In this document: piece after piece, positions 32,411-41,795 of the stretch
Layout: the number at the start of each line of letters is the position of its first letter
Position numbering within the stretch: position 1 is the stretch's first letter
Assembly (NCBI RefSeq): GCF_000142905.1
Contig: NW_013657630.1
Location: 85,589 to 149,588, forward strand
Length of the DNA stretch: 64,000 bases
DNA from: Thecamonas trahens ATCC 50062
Taxonomy: Eukaryota > Protista > Apusomonadida
Direction: 5' to 3'
Notes under the pieces: model-generated
What the model was told of the DNA's origin: nothing
Databases searched by the model: none
The model's input: the letters and a program-made list of their open reading frames with translations, nothing else
Position numbers and translations under genes: made by a program

Positions 32411-34249
32411 ATGCTCCGGGAACTCCCACTCATGGCTGCCATCTGGTTTGGAACGTTCCTCCTCGTGGTGACGGCGTCGCTCAAGGCTTCCTACAAGTTT
32501 GCGTCTGTCTTTGTGGTGGCGCCATCGTTTGTGCCAGCGGCGGCAGCAACGTGGCTGGCGTCGGCTGCGAGGCCTCCACCACATCCGCTTGCTCTGCTCT
32601 GGTTGGTGTGGGCGATTCTGGCAGGAACAGCCTGGCTCCTTGCTCTCATTGAGCCGTATGTTTGCTCACCGACGGCACGAGCTCAGTTCCATCTCAAGCG
32701 AGCCATGGCGAGGACCGCGAGCTACGATGCCTGGCGGATCCTGGCCGAGCAGTACGATGCGCTCTCGGGTGGTCTTGCCTGGCGAAGCAACGAGAGCGAT
32801 GGCTTGTGCGATGCGAACTTGCTCCGCTCACGCATTGCCTCGCTCCGCGCTCTGCGAGGCGCCGGCAACATGCGCGCCCTCATGGGCCTGCTCCGTGGCT
32901 CGCTCGTCCGTGATTTTGCCGGCATCAACAACCCGGCCCTCTTTGCCCGTTCCATGGTGGGGACCAAGCTGGTGATCGAAGAGTATGTTGCCGAAGTTGC
33001 CGCCTCGATCGCCTTTATCGCCGGTACTGAGGCCGACGGCGGCCGCGGAGCCGGTCCGTCGGCCACTGCCCGGTCCGGCTTCTCCGGTCAGGGCAAGGGC
33101 ATGCAGGCTGCAGCTGCTGACGACGACGACGACGGGCACGGGGTGGCGCTTGCAGAGCGTTTCGAGTTTTTGTGGCAGGCCCGGCAAGTGTACGGCCGGT
33201 CTGCGATTCTGTTGTCGGGCGGCGGGCGGTTCGGCGCGCTGCACACGGGCGTGCTACTCGAGCTGTTCGAGCAAGAGCTCCTGCCGCGGGTCATGTCGGG
33301 CTCGTCGGTCGGGGCCATGGCCGCGTCGGTGTGCGCAGTTCACACCGACGAGGAGGCGCGGGCGATGAAGCCGGAGGACACGCTCAACATGAACGCGTTC
33401 GAGGCCATCGACTCGGTGGCCTCGGTCTGGCGCAAGATCCGCCGGCTGTATGAGAAGGGCGTGCTCATGGACGTCAAGGTCCTGCAAGACTGCCTGGTCT
33501 CCAACACCGGGCACACGACCTTTGCCGAAGCGTACGAGCAGACCAAGCGCATTGTCAACATCACGATCTCAGGCGCCGGGCTCAACCAGCCGCCGCGGCT
33601 GCTCAACTACCTCACTGCGCCGGATGTGGTCATCTCGTCTGCGGCGGTTGCGTCGTGCGCCGTGCCGGGCATCTTTGAGCCCGTTCCGGTTCTCGAGAAA
33701 CGGCCCGACGGCTCCATCCGCCCGTGGATGGAGTCGTCGATGAAGTGGTGCGACGGCTCACTCGAGACCGACGTGCCCAAGCAGCGCATTGCTGAGCTCT
33801 TCAATGTCAACTACTTTATCGTGTCACAGACGAATCCGCACGTGGTCCCGGTTCTCGACACCTTTACCACCGTTCGCTGGTGGACGCTAGTCAAGTCGCT
33901 AGTCGCCGCCGAAGTCGTCCACCGCATGGAGCAGCTCCGGCTGCTCCACCTCATCCCGCCGTTCTTTGCCCCGCTCATTCGGCTCATGTCGCAGACATAC
34001 GTCGGCAACGTCACCATCATCCCCTCACTCACCATAATTGACTACCTTCGCATGCTGCTCAACCCGACTCGCGACGAGCTCGTCGATTGCACCCTCCGCG
34101 GCCGACGCGCCACATGGCGCAAGCTCGCCCACATCCGCGTCGCCTACACCATCGAGCGCTCGCTCGGCGACGCGGTGACCCACATGCGGACGCTCATCAA
34201 CCCGGGCGATGAGGAGGCGGCCGACGCTTCGTTTGCGCCCCTCGAGTAA
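32411..34249 (+). CDS. Patatin-domain triacylglycerol lipase (TGL4/SDP1-like)
   Basis: N-terminal TMs, DUF3336-like region, LSGGG..G, GSSVG nucleophile, DGS, NYFIVSQTNPH. Confidence 0.92.
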   Translation: MLRELPLMAAIWFGTFLLVVTASLKASYKFASVFVVAPSFVPAAAATWLASAARPPPHPLALLWLVWAILAGTAWLLALIEPYVCSPTARAQFHLKRAMARTASYDAWRILAEQYDALSGGLAWRSNESDGLCDANLLRSRIASLRALRGAGNMRALMGLLRGSLVRDFAGINNPALFARSMVGTKLVIEEYVAEVAASIAFIAGTEADGGRGAGPSATARSGFSGQGKGMQAAAADDDDDGHGVALAERFEFLWQARQVYGRSAILLSGGGRFGALHTGVLLELFEQELLPRVMSGSSVGAMAASVCAVHTDEEARAMKPEDTLNMNAFEAIDSVASVWRKIRRLYEKGVLMDVKVLQDCLVSNTGHTTFAEAYEQTKRIVNITISGAGLNQPPRLLNYLTAPDVVISSAAVASCAVPGIFEPVPVLEKRPDGSIRPWMESSMKWCDGSLETDVPKQRIAELFNVNYFIVSQTNPHVVPVLDTFTTVRWWTLVKSLVAAEVVHRMEQLRLLHLIPPFFAPLIRLMSQTYVGNVTIIPSLTIIDYLRMLLNPTRDELVDCTLRGRRATWRKLAHIRVAYTIERSLGDAVTHMRTLINPGDEEAADASFAPLE

Positions 34250-34262
34250 TCGCCCGCTTTGT

Positions 34263-35576
34263 TTACCCGGTCACAATCCGCAACACAGTGTCGTCGGGCG
34301 TGAGAACGTGCCCGCCCGAGAGCGGCGTCCCATCCGGCCGCTCGGCGTGGCCAAAGCCCGGCCCGTCGTCGCCATACAGGCTGCGGAGAAAGTTGATGGC
34401 AAAGGTGCGGACGGTGGTGCCCGGCTTGACCATAAACACGTCGGAGAAGAGGCCAGGCCCGTCCGTGCTGCTGGCTCCTCCGCTGCTCCCCGCGGCGCCG
34501 GCGCTGCGTGCAAGGTCGAAGCCGCGACACGACTGTGCTGACGCGACCGGAAAGACTGGAAAGAGGCCGAGCTCGGCAACGGCGGCGGCAATGACTTCAT
34601 GGACGCCAGTCGAGCCGTGGCGGAAGAGAACAAGGTCCTGGATCGACTCGAGCGTTGAGGCGTGCTTGGACGGGAGCGGCTTGAGGCCGGCGTCGGGCGC
34701 GTCGGCGGCCGTGAGCACCTCGTCGGTCCCGGGCACGTACTCGATGTACTTCGCCTTGGCCATCTTGCGCAGCGCAAGCTCGGCGAGGGCAGAGCAGAGG
34801 ACGACCCGGTCGTCACCGTATTTAGAGACAATTCCCATGATGTTGACGTCGGCATCCGGGTGATCGATCTTGTTGAGGGCGAGGATAGTGGGGAAGCGGG
34901 CGGCGACAAAGGCTGCGGCGAGGTCGCGGATGCGCTCGTCGTCCCACGCTTCCAAATCCTCCGAGTCACGGAGCCCGAGCGTGTCGACGAGCTCGGCCGT
35001 CAGTGCCGGCTTGGTTCCATAGCCTGACAGTTGCGCCTGCAGCGTATCGGCCATGCGGGCGCCGGTCCGGGCGTGACGGCGAGCTGTAGCCGGCCACTTT
35101 GCAGCCAGATTGCCGGCGACCCACGAGATGATCTCGTCAAAAAGCCACTCGACATCGCCGACCGGATCGTAGCCGCGCGCAGCCTGGCCCTTTTCATCGG
35201 TCGTTCCCGAGGCGTCCACTACATGAACTAAGACCTGTGCCGTCCGCAGATCGTCCAGAAACTTGTTGCCCAACCCAGCACCTTCTGCCGCACCGGGCAC
35301 AAGTCCAGCCACATCGAGGACAGAGACCGGGACGGAACGCAACCGAGCTGATGAACCCAAAGGAGCGGTCGGATCAGCCACACACGATCCAGTTCGAGGA
35401 GAGCATCGACCTGGGGACGTTGATCTTCCACAAGCGCACGGCACCTTGATCCAGGCCATGCCTCGATTGGGCTCAATGGTGGTGAAGGGATAGGCACCGA
35501 CCTTGGCCTTGGCATCGGTCACGGCATTGAGGAGTGACGACTTGCCGGCAGACGGCTTGCCCACTGCTGCAATCAT
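34263..35576 (-). CDS. Obg-family GTPase, YGR210c/archaeal YchF-like subfamily
   Basis: GKPSAGKS, YPFTTIEPN, DVAGLVPGA..G.GLGNKFLDDLR, HVVDASGTTD, LNKID. Confidence 0.9.
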   Translation of the reverse strand: MIAAVGKPSAGKSSLLNAVTDAKAKVGAYPFTTIEPNRGMAWIKVPCACGRSTSPGRCSPRTGSCVADPTAPLGSSARLRSVPVSVLDVAGLVPGAAEGAGLGNKFLDDLRTAQVLVHVVDASGTTDEKGQAARGYDPVGDVEWLFDEIISWVAGNLAAKWPATARRHARTGARMADTLQAQLSGYGTKPALTAELVDTLGLRDSEDLEAWDDERIRDLAAAFVAARFPTILALNKIDHPDADVNIMGIVSKYGDDRVVLCSALAELALRKMAKAKYIEYVPGTDEVLTAADAPDAGLKPLPSKHASTLESIQDLVLFRHGSTGVHEVIAAAVAELGLFPVFPVASAQSCRGFDLARSAGAAGSSGGASSTDGPGLFSDVFMVKPGTTVRTFAINFLRSLYGDDGPGFGHAERPDGTPLSGGHVLTPDDTVLRIVTG

Positions 35577-35920
35577 GCCACACAGGGTAGGGGGTGGGGT
35601 GGGGAGGGGTGTGGAGGGGAGGGGGGGGGGGTGGAGGGGAGGGGAGGGGAGGGGGGGGGTGAGGAGCGAGTTGGCATACGTTCGGAAGGTGTGTGGAGGA
35701 CGGTGGCGAAGGGGGGGGGGGAGGGAGGGGAACGATCAGGGGCGAGAGGGGCTGATCGGGAGGGAGGGATCACGATTGGGGGGAAGGGGGGGGGGGGAGG
35801 GGGGGGGGGTCGTCGGCAAGGTAAGGTATTTGATGACCACGCCCGCGACCTTGATGGGCTGGTAGGCCGTCGCTCGAGGCCGGAGGTGAGGAGGGAGAGA
35901 GAGAGGGCTTGATGCCGATA

Positions 35921-36798
35921 CTAGTTCTTTCGGCCAAGGAAGAAGATGAGCGAGCCGACAAAGCCAACCGAGAGCATCGAAGCGATGGCAAGGTTGCGCT
36001 TGAGCGAGACAAGATCGGCCTTGAGCTCCGAGTTGGCCTTGAGCAGCTGACGCGAGTACTTGAGGAGAACCGGCTCGGTGTGGTGGGTGCCGTCGCAGAA
36101 GCCGACCTCGCTGCCAGTAGCCTTGCAAGTGCACATGTAGTAGTCATCGTCCTTCTCAACGTTAACCTTGACCGGCACGATGCCAGTACCCTTGTGCTGC
36201 AGTCCGGCCCGTACATCAGCCACCACCCCACACACCGCGATCACCATCACATCGATCACCAGCATATATCGATCACCGCCACACGCCACCACACCACACC
36301 AAACCACACCCCACCCCACCATCGACGCCGCACGAAACAGAAGCAGCGACCAGGCCATCACAGCATTCAAGCAAATTGTTCGTGAGTAGGTTGGTGGTCG
36401 TTGCCCCCCCCCCCCCCCTCCTCCTCCATGGCCATCACCCCCCTCACACACAGACACACCCAGCACATGCCGAGCCAGCACCACACCTGCAACATACCGA
36501 ACCATCACACCACGGCTGGTTCTGGCTCAGACCGCAAGCACCTGTGGACAGAGGGGGAGGGATGAGTTTGGGTCGCGGGGAGGGGGGTGGGGGAGAGGAC
36601 CAAAGGGCGGGGGGGGGGGGGGGGGGAGGGGCATGGCAAAGGGTGGGATGGAGGCAGGGGTGAAGGAATGGGGGATGGGGAAGGGAGAGAGGAGAGGTAC
36701 ATACACCACCAGTAGTCCTCACCGGCCTTGAGGGCAACCTTGATGGGCTTGACAGCAGCAACAGCGGGGAGGTCCGAGGAGGAGGAAGAGGCAGCCAT
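35921..36798 (-). CDS. Two-CDGSH iron-sulfur protein (CISD3/MiNT-like) with C-terminal TM anchor; exons 36798-36705, 36541-36498, 36196-35921
   Basis: Spliced product WWCACGLSQNQPWCDGSH...MCTCKAT..FCDGTH; both introns GT-AG and in phase. Confidence 0.88.
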
Positions 36799-37249
36799 GA
36801 CGAGGATTGAAAGTTCGGGAGAGAGAAGAGTTACCTCGTCGAGAATGATGACCATGACGGGTACGATACAGCCAAAGCTGCAGCTGCCAGCTAGCTATAC
36901 GTGTAGCTACAGCTACTGCCACTAGATTGCGTGGATAGTATGGAATCACGCCATGCTATCGTGTCTTCCCATCCGCCCAGGTAGCCGCGCTTGCACGATC
37001 GGGCGTTTGCGCGGCTAAGCCGTCTCGATCACACGATCCCGCTGAAAGCGCCTGGTCAAGAGAGAGAACCAAAGCTAGTCTTCTTTACCGTGCGTAGGCT
37101 ATAGACGGTGGGTGGGTGGGTGGGTGGGGTAATCTCTACTCACTCGCGCCACAGGGCCCGGGTGGTGATCGCTTCCCGGCTGCGGCCGGCACACGCACAT
37201 GGGGCGAGAGCAGAGCGAGGCCCCGAGTGGATCCGAGGCCGACAAGGCG

Positions 37250-37926
37250 CTATCTGCGGATGTTGGACCAGTTGGCGGTGGTGAGAGCGTTAGCGTGCTT
37301 GGACATCTCCGACTGACCCGATCTGAAGGAGAAGCGCATGGCTGCGGATGACGGCGGCTCGACCTCATCAGCATACCAACCGATCTCCTGCGCCTCTGTC
37401 AGCGGCATGTCATACTTTTCCTTCGGCGTCTTGGACTGAGCCTTGGCCACAGCCAGGAACTCTGCCGGGAGATCCTCGTCCGAGGTAAACGTCGAGAGCT
37501 CCATGTTGGTCGGCTTGTCAGTGACAAAGTAAGCTACACCAGTTGTCCAGTTGTCCCCCCACACACACACACACCACACACACACACACAACATCATTGT
37601 CCATGAGTACCCACCTCCCACTTCGGCGCCAGCCACATCATCCTGCTCTTCCACTACAATCACCCTTGTGGACCCTTCTCCGTGACCGTTGGTGCGGGAC
37701 ATGGCTCGTGCTGGGCGAGCAGCCAGTTTGAGGCCGTGGCATAACGGACAGGGACAGAGTGAGAGACAAAGGGGAAAGACGTACTTGTGCGCGGGTCATT
37801 GAATGAGTATTCCTCCTTCAACCGCATAGAGGAAAGCTCACGGACAATGCCCTCCTTAACGATCTTGTCGCAGTCGACAGGGTTGAAGTGAGCCGCCAGT
37901 CGAGCATCGCCTCGCAAAGTGGCCAT
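37250..37926 (-). CDS. Ciliary protein CFAP144/FAM183-like; intron 37534-37784
   Basis: TDKP, PKEKYDMPLTEAQEIGW; in-phase GTACGT...TGTAG intron. Confidence 0.75.
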
Positions 37927-38206
37927 GGCAAGGAGCGAGTCGAGTATTAACCTGCCCGTCCCCTCACCCCCCCCCCCGCTACTCACTGCGCAAGACGGTT
38001 TGACTCGGTCACGTCAAAGTCTGATATGGCAAAGGGCTAACCGCTCCGGACAGAACAGAGAGTCAATCGATGACAACCCCCCCTCCCCCTCCCCCTCCCC
38101 CTCCCCCATCCCCGTCCCCATCCTCGTCCCCATCGCCATCTTCTCGTGGTCGGGCGAGACCGGGGCGGTTTAACAACTCCCACCAGCGGGTCACGGCGTG
38201 TGTCGT

Positions 38207-38981
38207 CTACTTGCGCTTGCGGCTGCGGGCCTTGGACGCACTCGGCTTGTTGCCCTTGATGTCGTAGGCAACGATCTTGACATTGCGGCCGTCGACAGCT
38301 TCTGCTCCGGGCATCTTGAATTGGACCTCGGGGAGGAAGAAGGTCCAGAAGCCATCGCAGTTGCGGTAGATGATGTTGCCCGAGGCAGTGAATGACATTG
38401 TCGCAGTCACAGACTCCTCCAACGCCTTTGCCGCCACCTATTCGCAGCTCCCTCACTCGCATCAGTCACTCTCCCTCCATCCTCTCTGCCATCAGCAGAG
38501 AAAGGTCGCACATTGCCGTGCCGCCGACCAGCCGACCTGCCACCCACCCCCCACCCACCCACCCCGTCCCACCGGTGTCGCCACCACACCACCACCACCA
38601 CCACCACCACCCTACACCGCCTCTGCAGCTCCCTGCTCTCACCTCACCTCCCTCTCCCTCCCCACACCGCCCCAACCATCCCCTTCTCATCCGGTACGGC
38701 ATTGATCGATGGCGATCGCGACCGCGATCACGATCAGCGTCACTCCCTTTTCCCCCCCTCTCCCCCCCCTTGCACAGCCATGGGACCCTCACGCACACGT
38801 GCGCACACACCCGTCACGGCAGATGATGAGCATGGTACCATGAGTAACGTACGTTCTCAAACTTGTTCATGACGATGTTTGCGAGCTTGGAGGAGATGAT
38901 CTGGGAGGCGACCATGCCGTCGACGGTGTCCCTCAAGCACTGGCCCAGTGTGGAGTAGTAGTACAACTGCTTGGTCTCCAT
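38207..38981 (-). CDS. GTF2A2: Transcription initiation factor IIA gamma subunit; intron 38438-38852
   Basis: LY..STLG.CL.DTVD.M, V..KFE, YRNCDGFWTF, VKIVA. Confidence 0.88.
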
Positions 38982-39397
38982 GATGGACGAGAAGGTGTAT
39001 ATGACAGGAGGGAGGGCGGGAAGGAGGAGGAGAAGAAGGGGGGGAGGGGGGGGGGGGGGAGGGGGACTGCGGAGACAGGTGCTCTCGCGTCCTCGCTCGT
39101 CCTCTCTTGTCGTGGTCCCTTTTCCCTCGCGGCCTTTACAACCGATCGATCGGCTCAAGTCGCCCACGAGTCGCATGCAGCTCGTCGATGGCAGAGAACA
39201 GCCGAAACGAAGGCATGATGATCCGATGATAAAAGTATGGTCTCGGTCTGAGCTTGCAGGTCAATATTGGTAAAGGGGCACCAACCAAGTCGCCGTCAGA
39301 ATGATAGTCGTGATTGCTCTCGTGATCGTGATGGGCCACTATCCATGGGTCACGGTCATGGTCATGGCGAGAATCGGGATGGGAGGGGGCGGTTGTG

Positions 39398-39730
39398 ATG
39401 CCGGCGGTTGCGCTAGTCACGATCACTGCCACCCACGAGTTGGCTGCAGAGAGCGAAAGCGCCATCTCGACGAGCCGGTCGACTACACTTCCACAGGTGG
39501 TCTCGTATTTCGCAACGGCGACCAAACCACCGTATTCATCGTCGTCCTCAGGTACCGATGCCTCGTCTGCAGAGACAGCGGAGCTGGATGAGCCAGACTC
39601 GGCACCTGCTCCGCCGCTCGGCGAGTACTCCTACGCCTCGCACTACTTGGAGCGGACCGTGACACCAATCGAACGTGATATCGAGCTTCTGATCTCGTGG
39701 TCGTCGCTCTTAATCGACCGCAGCGAGTAG
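39398..39730 (+). CDS. Possible small hypothetical protein
   Basis: 110-aa ORF ending 7 bp from the convergent gene; no recognisable motif. Confidence 0.3.
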   Translation: MPAVALVTITATHELAAESESAISTSRSTTLPQVVSYFATATKPPYSSSSSGTDASSAETAELDEPDSAPAPPLGEYSYASHYLERTVTPIERDIELLISWSSLLIDRSE

Positions 39731-39737
39731 CCCAACA

Positions 39738-41540
39738 CTACTGCCCGTGGCTCGCCGCACCAGCTGCCGCAAGCAGTGCTGCAAACTCGCACCTGGGATC
39801 AAAGGTAAGAAAGTCGGGCAGGACATCGACTTGCTTGACGTGATCCTCCAGCTCAGCGTTATGGTCGGCAGTCTCGGGTTTGCCATCGGGCTCACAGGCG
39901 TCACCATGCAGCGCCACAAACTTGGTCAGCTTGTGCGACTCGGCAGTGTGGAAGCGGACGGTAAAAACTTGGTCATGCCCAGCGACGCGCCAGCAGGTCG
40001 TCAGCCCGCGCGAGTGAGGCCACTCGTTGGTTGCGGCGACGAGGAACAGTGCCAGATCGTTGCTGCGGGCCATAATCAGCACCCATTCCCGGGCAACTTC
40101 CAGCAGCTTTTCCGGCCTGACGACGACGTTGTACAGCAGCGCGTCGGTCACCCGGGCTGCGGCTTCCTCTAGCGGACACGCCATGACCTCGGCGATCTCG
40201 GAAATCCGGGCCCGCAGCGGATACTTGGGCATGAGCCGCTCCGTGAGGTCAAAGAGCTGCACGCACTCATGAAAGGTTGCGGCAAGCTCTTCGATGACGT
40301 CAGTGATGGCGGGCTCGGGTCCATCCAACACAGTCCAGCGAGCGCGGATGGAGCGGGCAAGGTAGAGTGCGTGGCGCTTGCTAATTCGCGCCTGGTTGTA
40401 CTCCTCCTCCTGCTCAGGCGGAATAGGCTCGAGCTCGCCCTTGGGTGCGAGCAAGCCGACCTTCTTGCCGATGCGGTCGACTCTCAACGGGCGCGGAACA
40501 GAGTCCCACAACTCCATCATCTCGCTCATCATGGTGTGCTTGGCCAGCGGATCCTTGGCGATCCGAAACTTGGAGTACACCTTGTGCGAGGCGTGCTTGA
40601 CTTCGAGCGACTCGCGGGTGTGGAACTGGAGCTCCCACAGCATGCCGGTGTTTGAGTTCCGGATGACGGTGTTGATGCCCTGGTACTCGTCACCACGCCG
40701 GACAGCGTTGCGCGAGGTCATCGAGTAGACCGTCCTCGTCACGCTCCGCTTGGTGTAGTCGCTGCCCGAGAGAATGACAGAAACCTCGTCCGAGTACTTT
40801 TGCCCGCCCACGTCGCTGTCAAAGCTCGACTGGACATTAGCCAGCATCGATGGGTCGAATGCGGCGTAGACATCCTTGCGGGCGTCGGTAATCCAGTAGT
40901 TCTTCTCCTCGACAAACTCGAAGCGACCTTGGGACGGATTGGCCTCGGGGTCATAAAAGTCAGCCTGCATAAGCGCCTGACGCACCATCTCCACTCCACT
41001 CGAGTACATCTCGGTCTCAAACTGGATGGTGTACCGCAGTGCGTCCTTGATCGAGGCGCAGAGCGCGTCCTCATCGTCATCGGCCAAGGCTGCAGCCTTG
41101 TCCCGCAACTTGCGCTCCATCGAGTGACGGGTCTTGAACCTGTGCTCCAGCCCGACCATGACTCCGCCATTGGCTTCAGCCGCCGCCTGGACGTAGCCGG
41201 TAATCTGTTTCTCGCCACGGACAGCCTGGTTGAACAGCCGAGCCGCGGCGTTGCGTGCCCGGGTGGCGAGCGAGGCCGACAGACCCTGTCCGCGATTGTC
41301 CGGCAGCAGTGTCAGCGAAAGCATACCTCCACTCCCTGTCCACAGCGCGGTGACCAGCTCAGGCTGTGACCTTATGGTGATGGTTTCACCCTCATTGTCG
41401 ACGTAGGTCGGGACAAGCCCATTGTGGTACTCATTGTCCACCACATGCATGAGCGCCGTAAAGTAGTCTGCCTCACCCGAGAGCAAGTGGACCCGGTTGC
41501 GACCGCCGACAGAAAGCTGCACCCTTATCCCATCCGCCAT
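39738..41540 (-). CDS. PB1 domain + RelA/SpoT-like nucleotide pyrophosphokinase (Apk2/phage-toxin-like) domain + degenerate second copy
   Basis: PB1 OPCA YVDNEGETITIRSQPEL; synthetase motifs GLEHRFKTRHSMERK, IKDALRYT, KNYW, YQGIN, WELQFHT.ES..VK..SHKVYSKFR; second copy VTDALLYNV..NEW..RGLT..VRFHTAES. Confidence 0.8.
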   Translation of the reverse strand: MADGIRVQLSVGGRNRVHLLSGEADYFTALMHVVDNEYHNGLVPTYVDNEGETITIRSQPELVTALWTGSGGMLSLTLLPDNRGQGLSASLATRARNAAARLFNQAVRGEKQITGYVQAAAEANGGVMVGLEHRFKTRHSMERKLRDKAAALADDDEDALCASIKDALRYTIQFETEMYSSGVEMVRQALMQADFYDPEANPSQGRFEFVEEKNYWITDARKDVYAAFDPSMLANVQSSFDSDVGGQKYSDEVSVILSGSDYTKRSVTRTVYSMTSRNAVRRGDEYQGINTVIRNSNTGMLWELQFHTRESLEVKHASHKVYSKFRIAKDPLAKHTMMSEMMELWDSVPRPLRVDRIGKKVGLLAPKGELEPIPPEQEEEYNQARISKRHALYLARSIRARWTVLDGPEPAITDVIEELAATFHECVQLFDLTERLMPKYPLRARISEIAEVMACPLEEAAARVTDALLYNVVVRPEKLLEVAREWVLIMARSNDLALFLVAATNEWPHSRGLTTCWRVAGHDQVFTVRFHTAESHKLTKFVALHGDACEPDGKPETADHNAELEDHVKQVDVLPDFLTFDPRCEFAALLAAAGAASHGQ

Positions 41541-41795
41541 ACTGCCTTTTCTGGGAGGAGAGAGCTAGTGCTGGTGTCCTGGTCCTACTCCTGCTCCTTG
41601 ACCTTGTGTGGGGGGGGGGGGTGGTCGCAGAGTTTGTGGCTTTCGCTGAACACGATCACGATCACGATCACACTCGCGATCACGATCACGATCACGATCA
41701 CGATCACCCGCACCTCCCCCCCCCCCACCACACACACACCCCACCCCCTACACATACCCACACTCACACCTTCCCACCTCACCCATCCCTAAGCT

